DNA from: Botryllus schlosseri
Lineage: Eukaryota
Reading direction: 5' to 3'
Assembly: GCA_051294905.1 (NCBI GenBank)
Contig: CM119372.1
Span: forward strand, 33,234,001-33,298,000
Length of the DNA: 64,000 bases
Below are positions 1 to 12,426 of the stretch, in pieces; position 1 is the first letter of the stretch, and every line of letters starts with the position of its first letter. The notes beneath the pieces were generated by a model. It was not told the origin of the DNA. It did no database searches and saw nothing but the letters and a program-made list of their open reading frames with translations. A program made the translations under genes and the position numbers.

Positions 1-732
1 TTCGATACCTGCTCTGCTCCCACTACATGGAATCCCAACTACATGGAATCCAACATCATATAAGCTCACAAACTGTTTATATTGGGTTACTGGAAAACGA
101 CAATTGCAAATTTCAAGTAAAACATTAATTAAAGAACTCTTATTATTTAATTTAACAAAGTTAAGGATTAAGTGAAAATTCGATCACAAAATTATAAAAA
201 TATGAAATAAATGTGTCGCTAGTTTTAACTAACTAACATGACAAACATTCCAATTGAGGTGCATACGAGAAATTTGAAAGAAACGTGTCAAAGGAATTTG
301 ACAAAGGACAACCGCTAAGACAATTAAAAACAGACATAAGCAATCATAAGTAGGAACTACCATTGCAAGACGTAAAACGATGCATCGGCTGTACCGCATC
401 ATGTTAAGAGCGCGTATTTGTCTTTGGCAATAAACTTTGGTTGCAACAACAGGTTTCTTCTCAGTCCTTGTTTTGCCTGAAGCACATAAAAACAATGTCA
501 GCAAATTGTATGTAGATACACTCTTCATAGCACATGAAATATGTATCAGAACTTCACTATATATTTCCACTTGCATTAATTGTAATATGTCTTGTAAATC
601 GCTACTTCTATTTGTACTTGAGTGAAAATTTATGACGATACTATGACTACTGCGTCTATTTGAGTGTGGAGAGCTTCTGAACTAGCGATACAGAGTATGC
701 GTCAGCCAATCAAATCAACTTGTGGAAACACC

Positions 733-1217
733 CAGGGCTGTAATTGCAATGAGTCGAGTTGCGATTTCTGGTGACTCAAGTCTTTTTCTCAAAATTTGGA
801 AATGACTCGACTCGAGTCAATCTATGTAATGACTCGGACAAGTCATATGAATCGAGACTCGGACGGCTAAGACCGATAACACACTAGTGTAACCACACTA
901 TTGGTATTTCGTCTAATGGTAGCAGTACTTGAAAATGCGACCAGAAACTGTTAAAGGTGAGAAAAATCAGTAGCCTATATTATAAATGTGAACCGTTGAT
1001 ATCACCGAACAGAGTTATAAAAACTGGATTAAACAAGAATTTAGCTGGAAACTGAGCAGTCAACGCAGTGGTTGAACTTAGTCATAACACGATGACTCGG
1101 ACTCGACCCTATACTCGCCAACTTGGACTTGACTCGGTGGGTAATTGGAAATGACTCGACTTGACTCGAGTCAAAACTATATAAGTGAGATTGACTTGTG
1201 ACTTGGCTACAACCCTG
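733..1217. mobile_element. hAT-type MITE, GACTCGAGTC-rich family
   Basis: TIR CAGGG(C/T)TGTA...TACAACCCTG; 8-bp TSD GAAACACC (725-732) / GAAACATC (1218-1225); subterminal GACTCGAGTC/GACTTG repeats. Confidence 0.8.
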
Positions 1218-1434
1218 GAAACATCTAAAGTACATACTTGAGTACTTTTCAGAAATTATACTTTCACATCAATTAGTTTGGACAAGACTTGTAAATCACT
1301 GCTTGTACCAGAGTGGAAATACATGGCGTTACTACTACTTCTACTCCATTGATGACACAACAAATACTTCTACTTGAGTGCTGAAAACAACTACGTTTTT
1401 GACCATCTCTGTTCAGAAGCATGCACCTACGACT

Positions 1435-1943
1435 CAGGGTTGTAACCAAGTCACAAGTCAATCTCAATTTTATAGTTTTGACTCGAGTCAATTTGAGTCA
1501 TTTTCAATTCACCACCGAGTCAAGTCCGAGTCCAAGTCATTGTGTTGACGCTCAAGTTTCCAGTTAAAGCCTTGTTAACCCACTTGTTATAACTGTGTTT
1601 GGTGATATCGAATGGTTCTCAATTCTCATTCAAAATATAGCCTACTAATTTTCCTCACTTTTAGCAGTTTCTGGTCGCATTTTCGAATACAAGTACCAAT
1701 AGATGAATTCCCAATAGTGTGGTCACTTTACTATACTTCGAAATTGCAATGAAATGTTGGTCTCGAGTCATATGACTTGGTTCGAGTCATGCGCAATGAC
1801 TCGAGTCCGAGTCGAGTCAATATACAGATTGACTCGAGTAGAGTCAAATCATTTCCTAATTTTGCGAAAATGACTCGAGTCAAGTCAAGTCATAAGAAAA
1901 TCGGGTCACGAGTCGAGTCATGACTCGATTCATTACAACCCTG
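1435..1943. mobile_element. hAT-type MITE, GACTCGAGTC-rich family (inverted relative to 733-1217)
   Basis: TIR CAGGGTTGTAA...TTACAACCCTG; perfect 8-bp TSD CTACGACT (1427-1434, 1944-1951). Confidence 0.9.
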
Positions 1944-2447
1944 CTACGACTACATACAATAAGCCTCGACATTTCGACTGTGTCCATTTTTTGAAACTAC
2001 TCACCCCAGTAGCCTACTTTTTCGAACTTCACTTTCTACTTATACTTGAAAGGTAGTTTGATGTCTTGTAAATCGCTATTGATACTGAAGTACTAACTAC
2101 GACTACTCCGAGTCTCCGACCATCTTTGTTTGGAAGCGACCACCTAGAATAACTAGGGCTGGCCAGTGGCCACAATGATTCTAGTACTTGAATCTGAATT
2201 GAGTATTAATTCCAATGATTCGAGTCGAGTAAGTGAAAGTAAATTTCGTGTACGAATATAGAATCGAAATTCTAATTCTCAGTAAAGTATTATATATTTT
2301 CAGTATTCGAAACTATATAATACTTTACCGAGAATTCGAATTTCGATTCTATATATCACACACTGTGCAATCCTTATATTAATGAAGATTTCAAGGTGTT
2401 CGATAAGCCCGGTACCCCAAATTTACCAAGAGATCAATTCATTAGGG

Positions 2448-3849
2448 CAGCGGTTCTCAACCGGGGGTCCGCGAGACCTCTAAATGTCAAAATGGTTGAT
2501 ATACTAATTCTTATTTTATTTTTTAATTTGAGAAAAGAATGAGGCAGTTTCTCACCACAACTGCTAAAACCTCATGAATCATATCATCATAATAATCGTC
2601 TGACATGAACTATCGTAGTGTGGAAACTCATTTTCCTTGCCAATTTTCCAATAACCTGCTGATACAAACATATTGCTGTTTAGAGACGTTCAGTTTGGGT
2701 TTGTGGGAAAAATAAAAATATGGAGATATTTACGTGAATCAGGGTGACTTCGTAATTTCTGCGAAACCTTCTGAATTTGAAGTTGTCAGTCTCATCAAAT
2801 TAGTGAACAGTCGTTTAAAATAAATATTTTCGATTTTTTTAAAAATTTGTCCCAATGCAGGGATTGAAACCTCGCCACGAAATCCATTGTATCCTGTGAT
2901 ATACATAACCACTATTTGAACAGCTTCTTGGAGGTACATTACTTTAATATACAATTGCATAGTATATTCATATTGAAATGAACCCGAATATTTTTGGCTG
3001 ACACTCGTGATAAATCGGACAATGATATACCTGCTCTTAAAGTTCGGCTATCAGATTCGGTGCATTCTTACTGCGGATGCCCTATTGACAAGGCTGGTTT
3101 TTTGATGAACAAGGAGTGTTTCGTTGCTATCAAAGCATTACGCTCCAATCCTGAAATTCATATCACCAGTTTTATTGGTATGCAGCCTTGTCTTGTTAAT
3201 GTTCAATTGTTCATGGTCGAAAATGTTTGATCGTAAATATACATGTAAAACGAACAGAACAAGTTATTTCTCAGGTTGGAAAACTTGGATCCATTGTTTG
3301 GCGCACAACATTTGTCTATACGTTTAGATTAGGATTTCACTTTGGCGGTAGAAACTCTCTGCGGGCCGTATGTTGCCCGTCCCTGCGCTAAATGCTGGAC
3401 GTGATATATTCATTAAATATATGTTTCTTCATTTTGGTGTCATAAATGTTGCGATCACACCATAAGTATCGTCAGAAGCGTTGTGCGTTAATATTCCATT
3501 AGCCTCCATCTATCTTTGTGGAAATGATTTTCGGCACTCCTCGTTTATGTCATAACGAAGACGCGGATTTACAAGACACGGCCACCGGGCCACGTACTTC
3601 AAGAAATACAGCAGCAAAATTAGCTTTGGAATAATAAAAATCTACCAACTTCCACATAAATAGTATGATGTTATTTTCAATAAAAATCATTATTTCGCTG
3701 TTTATCATAAGCCTACAGTTCATATTTGCACAAGATGGATGAAGGTTGCACCATGATAGATCTAAAATTGAACTAAAACTTGAGGGGGTCCGCGAGCGCC
3801 CGTGACGGTCAAAAGGGGTCCGCGAAGCCAAAAAGGTTGAGAACCACTG
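2448..3849 (-). mobile_element. Non-autonomous hAT (Charlie/Buster-like) element; paralog of 16493-24058
   Basis: TIR CAG(C/T)GGTTCTCAACC; perfect 8-bp TSD CATTAGGG (2440-2447, 3850-3857); reverse complement aligns with 16493-17654 and 23122-24058. Confidence 0.9.
2994..3167 (+). mobile_element. Short Penelope-like element (PLE) RT N-terminal fragment
   Basis: LKVRLSDSVHSY...KECFVAIKALRSNPEIHIT resembles the segment just before the PDKG motif of Penelope/Neptune RTs; truncated before that motif. Confidence 0.5.
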
Positions 3850-3989
3850 CATTAGGGGTTAGTATAGGTGACAAGATAGCGTGGTTGTTCAACTGTGTGG
3901 CCTATTTTATCTCGATATTGAATTCATGCGGCCAGCGGCCTCGGAATTTGAAAGTGGCGCGCGACCCGTTTTGAGTTGGCGACCCCTGG

Positions 3990-4118
3990 CATAAGCGGTG
4001 TCTTACAAAAGGCCAGGAGTGTGCCGTGCTATAAGTCGACGGTTACGGAATCAAAAATAAGAAATATCGGCGTGGTGTAAATGACCATTGTAGTCGACAA
4101 AAACCGTGATTACCACAA
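3990..4118 (+). mobile_element. 3' fragment of tRNA-derived SINE family B
   Basis: Aligns with 40383-40500 and with the reverse complement of 33522-33600 (GGTGTAAATGACCATTGTAGTCGAC tail). Confidence 0.65.
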
Positions 4119-4313
4119 ATGACATTAGGATTGTGTACATCGTAAGTGCCGATAATGCATGTCTTCTCGCTTTGACGAACTACGCGTAAGCTCCACTGTC
4201 GCCTTGTGAACCACTAATTATACTGGAGTAGATGTTAACAGCGTTGCTACTACTTCTACTCAAGTGCAAACAATGATTACTTTGATCACCCCACCAACTA
4301 TTGAGTATGCAAC

Positions 4314-4565
4314 GGTCTGTGGACATACGGGCATGCGACACATGAGCATGCGAGTTAAATTACGGGTTAGGGTTGAATTTAAGCTTGGGTTAGGGTAGGG
4401 CTTGGGGTCGAGATATATAGCGGTTAATTTCAGTGTTATGTTTCGGGTTAGGGTTAGTTTTGGGGTTATGAAGTCACATACTGAAGTGACGCATGCTAAA
4501 CTGTTCCATGCTCATGCTCAACTGTCGTTTTCCATTGTGTCGCATGCTCATATGTCGGGCAATCG
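4314..4565. repeat. Small non-autonomous element with inverted subterminal repeats and GGGTTA-like interior
   Basis: GACATACGGGCATGCGACA ... TGTCGCATGCTCATATGTC inverted ends; internal degenerate GGGTTAGGGTT. Confidence 0.5.
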
Positions 4566-5101
4566 TATGCAACACATCGACCAAATCTACTTTTTAAAAG
4601 TAATTAATATTTCAGAACTTCATTTTCGACTTCCATTTCAAATAGATTTGACACACCTTGTAGCTTGTTACATCTACGTGTGTATAAATTCATGACATTA
4701 CTTCAACTTCAGTACAAAAGATGATTACTTTGACCACCTCTGGTTTCTATATAGTCTGTTCAATGTTTTTTACCTTCGATTGCTTTCTGAGTTTTTCCCG
4801 AGCATGGCGCAGCACCGATTTTGTAGAGTAAAAGCAACGCTTGTTCTAGGTCACAGTAGTTTTTCCAAACGATCTCGGCCCCAGTCTAGAAGGCATTCTT
4901 CGTACAGCCTGCTTGACGTTGTTGCCATCAATTGAAGACATTGTCGATCTAGAAAATTTAAATGATTAGAATAGGTTTAGTGAAGGCATTTGTCAAGAAC
5001 TGAAGCCAGGTATCCATAACATCCTGTTGAAAAAACAAAAACAATGGTGTACAAGTACAAACTTGGCACATGAGTACTCGAATCTAAATCGAGTATTAAT
5101 T

Positions 5102-5498
5102 CGATTACCAGTAAACTCAGCCCATTGAACCCAGCCTACGGTAAACTCGGCCTTCAGATGTGAACTCGGCCTAAACCTAAGCCTCTCCAACCCTAATCTT
5201 GGGATGCACCTAATTCACGATGTGCGATCTGATCCTTGACGTTCTGCACTCTTCGTCAACATTATACAGCTCCGTACGTTCAATATAACATTTTATACAT
5301 CCGACATACGATACCGCCCCCAGTGGGAATAACATTCATGCGACATATCCGCCACCACCAATTCGCCATTGCCTTCAATTAATAATACGATTCACGACAT
5401 TTATAATAATTTGTATTGACAAAGTCACCATCTGCCCAGTTCACCGAAGGCCGAGTTCAATAGGCCGAATTCGTCATGGGCCGAGTTCACTGGTCACC
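5102..5498. repeat. Small non-autonomous element with inverted tandem AACTCGGCC subterminal repeats
   Basis: Four (A/G)AACTCGGCC-like units on the left mirrored by four GGCCGAGTTC-like units on the right. Confidence 0.55.
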
Positions 5499-8400
5499 AT
5501 TAATTCTATTGATTCGAGCCAACTAGATGACTTTTTCAAGTAGGCCTTCTGAAATTATACGCTCTTTGCCACCAAGAGTACAGTTATCAATAAAATTATA
5601 TCTTTGATACCATTTTCCAATGTGGAAGTAGCATACAAAATACGTAGTACAAAGCTATTCACTTTAGTGGAAATGACATATCTGTGAAGTCATGATTAAC
5701 CCACAGCATAGTCACAAAGTGCAATGAAATAGGTATCGGTCGAAAATATACCAAATTATCTGTAATTTAGTGTGATGTAAAACTAGCATTGCATCATTGT
5801 ATGTTCTTAGTAGAAACATAAAAGATACGTTTTCAACTTTCCATAATACTGTTATGAGTATAACATCATAATGAGTGATTATCGAATACTTGACACTTAA
5901 CACCAGATTCAGAATCAATCACTCTTCACTCAGGTGCTCGATTTTGCCAAGCCCTACTAATCAGAACAGAAGTGATGCAGCCAACCTGAGATATCTATGG
6001 AAATCATGTATACCAGATTAGCGTTACTGTGAATTATGGCACACTTGGATTCAACGAAACATCAGGTCGTAGAGTTACAATATCAAAATATCATGCAGCA
6101 ATTTTGAGCACCACTGGCGAAATCCTGAACGGGAACCACCGTCACAGTCTCACAGAGTCTATTTGCGCATCATTTATGACACTTTTTTCAGGCTAATAAA
6201 TCGCTGATTAATGAACATGAACAATCATAAATCATCACTCCAACTTACATGATTCATCTTCTTAATCCATGGACAATGCACGACTGGGATGCGTTGCTCC
6301 GAAGTTGTAAAGTACTATATAACATTGCCTGTTCCATATTTAGACTCCTGCTAAAAATGAAGCGATGTTGTATACGCAGACCCATATATGCCCCTGCCTC
6401 ATCCGCATTAAGAGTCCATTGATAATAAGGGTCAATAGTGTGCTTTCTTATTCATGACAACATGACCATCAGCAATCAGTCTTCCCTAGGGCCCATCTAC
6501 TTTGTGAATGTCGCTGTAATGTAGGCAATGTTATTGCCGTGCAATATATTTTGTGAATGTCGGCATAATGTCTCCGTGCAATATACTTATTGGAAGGTAA
6601 TGGGCGAAATATCAAGATAAATGTCAACTCAAGGTCCGAGAAGAAGTGAAAATTCAAATGGAATAATTATCTACTTTCACCAATTTTAAACTTTCATAAT
6701 ACATGACAAGGAACGCGCAAGATATCCAATGAGCTATAAATGCGACTATAATTTTTACGACTACTATTTCTTACCAGGGATTTCAAGATATCGTATAGAT
6801 AAGCTATATGTAAATTATAAGTTATCGTTATATTGCAAGTTATAAGTAAGCATTTTAAGTATGTTGCACGGCGACATTGCCGACATTGCGACAACCCGTC
6901 TGCCCCATGAACATGTTAAAATCCATGTAGTATATAATTGGTTTAGCATTGGGGTATCATTAAATTAGGCTGAGGTTAAAGTTGGGTTAACTATAATGAT
7001 TGTTCCTAGAATACCCTAACATTAAACTAATAATAAAGCCATACATTTTGACATGTTCACCGAAAACCTCGACTAGTTTCAATGGTTATAATGTTGTTGT
7101 GGACACAACACAAAATTACAACGAATACGATAATAAATATGCCAGTCAATAGGATGCAAATATTCATTACCATAGGTGCAACAATAGTTTTCAGCCACAA
7201 ATTCAGCAATCTCACATTCCGTAAAGGAACATCCTATAATACACTTTCAAATTATGTAGCTATATAAACCAAGGCTATAATACATTCCTCGATGCTGCAT
7301 CTGGTTTGCTGCATGGATCTTGCAGTCTTTGGAAATTCTTTTCAAACTTTTCATAGTATATACCGTACACATCAAACAGAAGTTGGATATTACAACAACA
7401 TGAAACCCACTGTGCTGCAAATCGAACTTCAATGATTGCACATAATTAAATATTATCATGATCATGCTCATCGCTATATATAGTATTTCAAGTACTGCAT
7501 ATGTTTACGATTAGCGGCGAGTCGATTAGTTTCGTTCGTACATGATAAACCGCGGCGCAGACGTGCCACTAGAATCATAGTGAAATTCATGACGGTTATC
7601 GCAGTTAATGATGACCGAGGCTGTTGCTGTTCAATAAATATAGCACTCAAATACCAAGCTTCCCCGCTCTCTGCCTTTCTAGTACTTATGACAGCGACAA
7701 TATCAATAATAATCAATAGCACGCACAATCCATCCACGCCGTTAAGTATCCTATTCTAAACTAAACCATCCCTGTGATAAACCCTTCACTCCGCCATTAC
7801 TACAAAACCTGTTCTTTCAAATTCAAACTGAATCACGCGCGCGCATGCTCGCCAGACAGAAGAACGCAGTCTTTATTGGTTTTATGGTTGAATGAATTTC
7901 AAGCAACAGGCGTGCTCGGCTCGACACTCGAGACTCGACAGGTATCGGAATGCCTCATATCACTGAGCTATATGCATTATCGCTGGCCTCTTGCGCAGTA
8001 CGGCCTCAATTATCGATAATAGCCGGGCAGACTGAGTAGTTCCGTGATTGGAATAGTCATCACCATACCATTATAACGGATGTCAAGTTTTCATTTCGGA
8101 AGATTTCACATGCATTGGGTATACGGTATATTTGAAATAACATATATTTTGCCTTGATGTGGACATTTCGATCCAGTAATGTCACAATAAAATAGCTGTA
8201 TGTCTCAATATCGTACATTATATCTATAACAATGTGCAACCGCGATCATCGATAGCCGGGCTTCTGAAGTTCCGCGCGATAGAAAATCATCGCCATATCA
8301 TCAATCAACATTCTCGTATTCACTCCAATAGATTACAAATGGTGAAATGTATCATGACATTCATGAGTGTATTCAGAAAACTATTTTGCATTGATTGCAC

Positions 8401-8722
8401 AATGCACACTTGAATTCATAGAAAGTAGGGACATCCTGACGAACTCCTGTGTAGGTGGCATCCAGGCATCACACCATTATGACATCCACTGGAATGGTCA
8501 ATGGTGACTGGCACAGGAGCATTCTAAAATTCACTTCCTCTGGTAGTCACCTGGAGTTACATAAATTGACGTCCAATGTTGGGCATACTGAGCAAGTCCT
8601 CCGCAACTGAGGGTGGGAGGTGGGACGAGTGGGAACAATTGTGGACATACCAGTAACTCCACGGGATATCGGGTGTTTGCTGGGTGGCTACTTCAATGCG
8701 GTGAACATCAGTTGTATTAGAA

Positions 8723-9441
8723 CAGGGCCGGCCAACCCGTGGCCCGCGGGCCACATGTGGCCCGCGAGAAGGTTTTGAGTGGCCCGCGAGGTAATTTCCG
8801 AAATTTCTAATATCATCAAAAATGGATTGCACAGATTTTGAGCTTGCAAGGACAACCAAAAATTTGATTAGTCCGGCCGCAATACTTGAGATGTGATGAC
8901 TACAATATCAGTTCCGACGCATTGACAGATCCATCAGCCATTCACATATTGATACATCTTCGTACACTACAATAAAGCAGAATAATTTGCGATAGATTTA
9001 TCAAAGGTAAAAATTTTCTACAAGCTTGGCGCAATATGTTGACTCTCGATTTCTTGTTTTTAATATTGTTGCCCTTTTGTGAAAATGGAAGAACACCTAA
9101 TGTATCAGATTGAGTCTAACTATATTCGCGATTACGAGACAAAGTGTCGTTCAACATTTGCGACCTTGCGTTTGCACTCGCAGTAAGACCGTCCACCGTG
9201 AAACCTAGGCACGAAATAATTGACGCATGTTGGTCACAGCTTTCGATAGCGATATGTCCATGCGCCGAATAGCCCAGTCCTTGCAAACTTAGCGATATAC
9301 AGCAGGCCCGCAATATAGTCAAGTGACAATATTATTGACCTAAGAACTTCAAAATTTTTTCGCGCTTCGCGCGGATAGTGGCCCGCGCAAAAGTTCATCA
9401 ATCGAATATGGCCCTTTGACCGAAAAGGTTGGCCAGCCCTG
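8723..9441. mobile_element. hAT-type MITE (GGCCCGCG subterminal family)
   Basis: TIR CAGGGC(C/T)GGCCAACC; perfect 8-bp TSD TATTAGAA (8715-8722, 9442-9449). Confidence 0.9.
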
Positions 9442-9709
9442 TATTAGAACGTCACTTTGTCTTGCTAATGTTCATGTTCGAAAATGTTTGCGCCTAAATG
9501 CCAGTAGACGGCGACGCGGGCCTCATCATCACGTAAGACCGAAAACTGTCGGCGGGCCGTATGTTGCCCGCCCCTGGGCTTGCTGATCATAAAATTTGAT
9601 AAAACGGGTATCAATCAAAAGCTACCGTTGTACTGATTACAAAGATATGAATTTTATTCTGCTCGTGGTCCTGGACCCCCCAAATCAGTCTCGAATGTTG
9701 CATTGTAAC

Positions 9710-12426
9710 TTATTATTATATTCTTTATTCACAGTAAAACTGGTAGATACACACATAATCCGGGGAGCAACCTGCCCCCAAAGGAAAATGGCGAGATTGG
9801 AGTAAATTTTTAAAATTTCAGTAATACATTCAAATTGTTATTCCTATGCAATACACGGAGAAGTCAGATTACAGAATTGCAGCAGATGAAGAATTGGCAA
9901 GGGTTACAGAGCAGAGGTAGAGATGATTGAAGATGAAGAATCGAAATTACAGAAATTATGCTGTGATTCACAAGCGTAATTTTAGTCCAGTGGTGCATTC
10001 AAGGCCTTCCGAAGAATGTGCACAGTGCCCAATAATGTGATCTTTTGGATCATGTCGAATCGAACGTTACCCGGAATTTGTTGGATATGTCTCATGAGTT
10101 TTTTGCTCACGACCCCTGTAGCACCAATGACTATCGGTACAATGTTTATTTTGCATCGCCACATTTTCTCACATTCCATTTTGAGGTCTGCGTATTTGGA
10201 GTATTTTTCTGATTCTTTTTGCAGTAGGTTGTGATCAGCTGGGACAGCCAGTTCAATGAATAAGCATTCTCTTTTCTTTTTTAGTTTGACGATTATATCC
10301 GGGCGGTTGCTCCTGATTTCGCGGTCAGTTATAACTGGTACATCCCACAGAATTTTTACTTGTTCGTTTTCTGTCACTGGTGCTGGGCTGTAATCGTACC
10401 AATTTTTTGTCGAAGTGGTGATGTTAAAATGTTTGCATAATTCAAGATGAATGTAGTGACCAATCCTATTGTGTCTCCATGTGTATTCGGTAGCTGCAAG
10501 TGCACCACAGCCGGACATGAGATGTGCTACAGTTTCATTTTGGTTGTGGCACATTCTGCATTTGCCGTCCGTGTTTTGCTTCAGAATTCTTTTGCGATAG
10601 TATTTTGTAGGAAGCGATTGGTCTTGTGCTGCGAAAATGAATCCTTCGCTTGCCGGTTTCAGGCCAGAGCTGGATAGCCAGGTCCATGAAAGCTCGTCTA
10701 CATGGGGCTGTGAAGTTAACTTCTTGTGCTGTCCATGAAGAGGCATCGACTCCCATATCGTTTCTCTCATTTTCAGCGTTGCATTTTTGTATCGGACTCG
10801 TGCTGCTTTTGCTATTGTTGTGGGTTTAGCAACAGTGTTTTCTGCAGTGTACAGGTTAGCTGTTTCCAAGTTGACTTCTCTGGCGTACTTGTCGTGACGA
10901 TAGCTCAGAGATTTTGTTTTGCGCTGTTTGTCTTCCTGTGCAATGAGTTTGCAGTAAATGTTATCGCTGTTGTTGATGTACTGTGACAAGCCGATGATTT
11001 CTGTTTTGAAGGTTTGTTCAATTTCTTGTAGTCCTCGACCACCTTTTTTTCTGGGGATGTACAGTCTTTGTGTATCAGATTTTGGGTGATGCATGTGGTG
11101 CATTGTCATCAGTTTTCTCGTCTTTGTGTCCAATTTTTTAATTTCATCTTTACGCCAGTTCACCACACCAAAGCTATATCTCAAGACAGGCACTGCAAGA
11201 CTGTTTATGGCATTGATTTTGTTTTTGGAATTGAGTTCAGTTTTGAGAATTGACTTGAGCCTGCTGATGTATTCTTTTTTTAGACTTGATTTCATTGCAG
11301 CATGTTTAATGTTGTCGCTTTCACAGATCCCTAGATATTTATAGTGATCTTCGGCATTCAATTCTGTTATGGTTTCGTCCATTTTGAAGTTCATGTCGCC
11401 AGTGCTGGTGGCTCTTCCGCGTCGTATGGTAAGTTTTGAGCATTTATCCAAGCCAAATTTCATTTTTATATCTTCCGAAAACTCATGAACAATTTTCATT
11501 TGGTTATTCAGGTCCGTGTCGGATTTCGCATACAGTTTCAGATCATCCATGAACAAAAGGTGATGAATCTTTTGACCTTCAGAATTTGCTGCTTTTTTCA
11601 TCACGTATCCTGTTTCATTTTTTCTCAGCAACTCACTGAGTGGAGCTAAGCTGAGGCAGAATAGAAGTGGTGAGAATGAGTCGCCTTGAAGATACCATTG
11701 CATATCTGAATTGTACAGGTTTCTGTTTCACCTTGGTCATGTTTGATCAACAGTTTTGTATGCCAATTTTTCATTGAATTTTCAATAAATCTGATGATGA
11801 TCGGATTCATTTTGTACATACGCATTGTTTTCAGTATCCACGTGTGAGGGACTGAATCGAAAGCTTTTTTGTAATCTATCCATGCCATGCTGAGGTTAGT
11901 GTGTCTCCTCTTGCAGTTTTCAAGAATGGTTTTGTCAAGGAGCAGGTGGTCCTTACAGCCAAGGGCGCCTTCCTTGCATCCTTTCTGCTCAGGCGGTAGA
12001 AGATTTTCTAGGTGTTTGTAGCTTCGTTTTGCCAGGATTTTGGTCAGTGTTTTGTACATGGTTGTCAGGCATGTTATTGGCCTGTAGTTCTTGGGGTCCC
12101 TGGTGTTTTCGTTTTTTGGAATAAGATAGGTGATCCCTTGTGTGAACCAGGCTGGGATCTCGTGCGAGCTGGTTGAGGATAAAAGCTCATTGTAGGTCAA
12201 CGCTAGGTAATTATGTGTTGCAGTTAGTTTTTTTAGCCAAAAGTTTTTGATCTGGTCAGGACCAGCTGCTTTCCAGTTCAGTGAACTCTTTAGGGCCTCC
12301 TTGATTTCTTGTTTTGTGATTTCTGACCATTGTTGTTCTGGTGTTTGTAGATGGTCAGTGTGGAGGTCTTGTATCCAATTTGCATTTGAGTTGTGCAATT
12401 TTTTGGTTTCCCATATTTTCTTCCAA
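9710..12426 (-). mobile_element. 5'-truncated R4/Dong-clade non-LTR retrotransposon (RT + CCHC + restriction-like endonuclease)
   Basis: RT motifs YRPITCL, WIDYKKAFDSV, QGDSFSP, LFMDDLKL; CRMC-x7-H-x4-C zinc knuckle; RHN; RPDII...IELAVP...K..KY RLE motif; about 270-nt 3' UTR ending AATAAAGAATA(TAA)3. Confidence 0.92.
9982..12426 (-). pseudogene. RT-RLE polyprotein of the R4-like element, one frameshift near 11690
   Basis: ORFs 11646-12551 and 9982-11703 join as NGIF/QGDSFSP if one C is restored (GGTATCTTC^AAGGCGAC). Confidence 0.88.

Noticed and set aside
4364..4470. Interstitial telomere (GGGTTA)
   Set aside because: Only a few degenerate units inside a small inverted-repeat element.
361..4948. 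Faint resemblance of the joined exon-like translation to PIF1 helicase
   Set aside because: No diagnostic helicase motif (such as GDFxQLPPV) and too few identities to support it.
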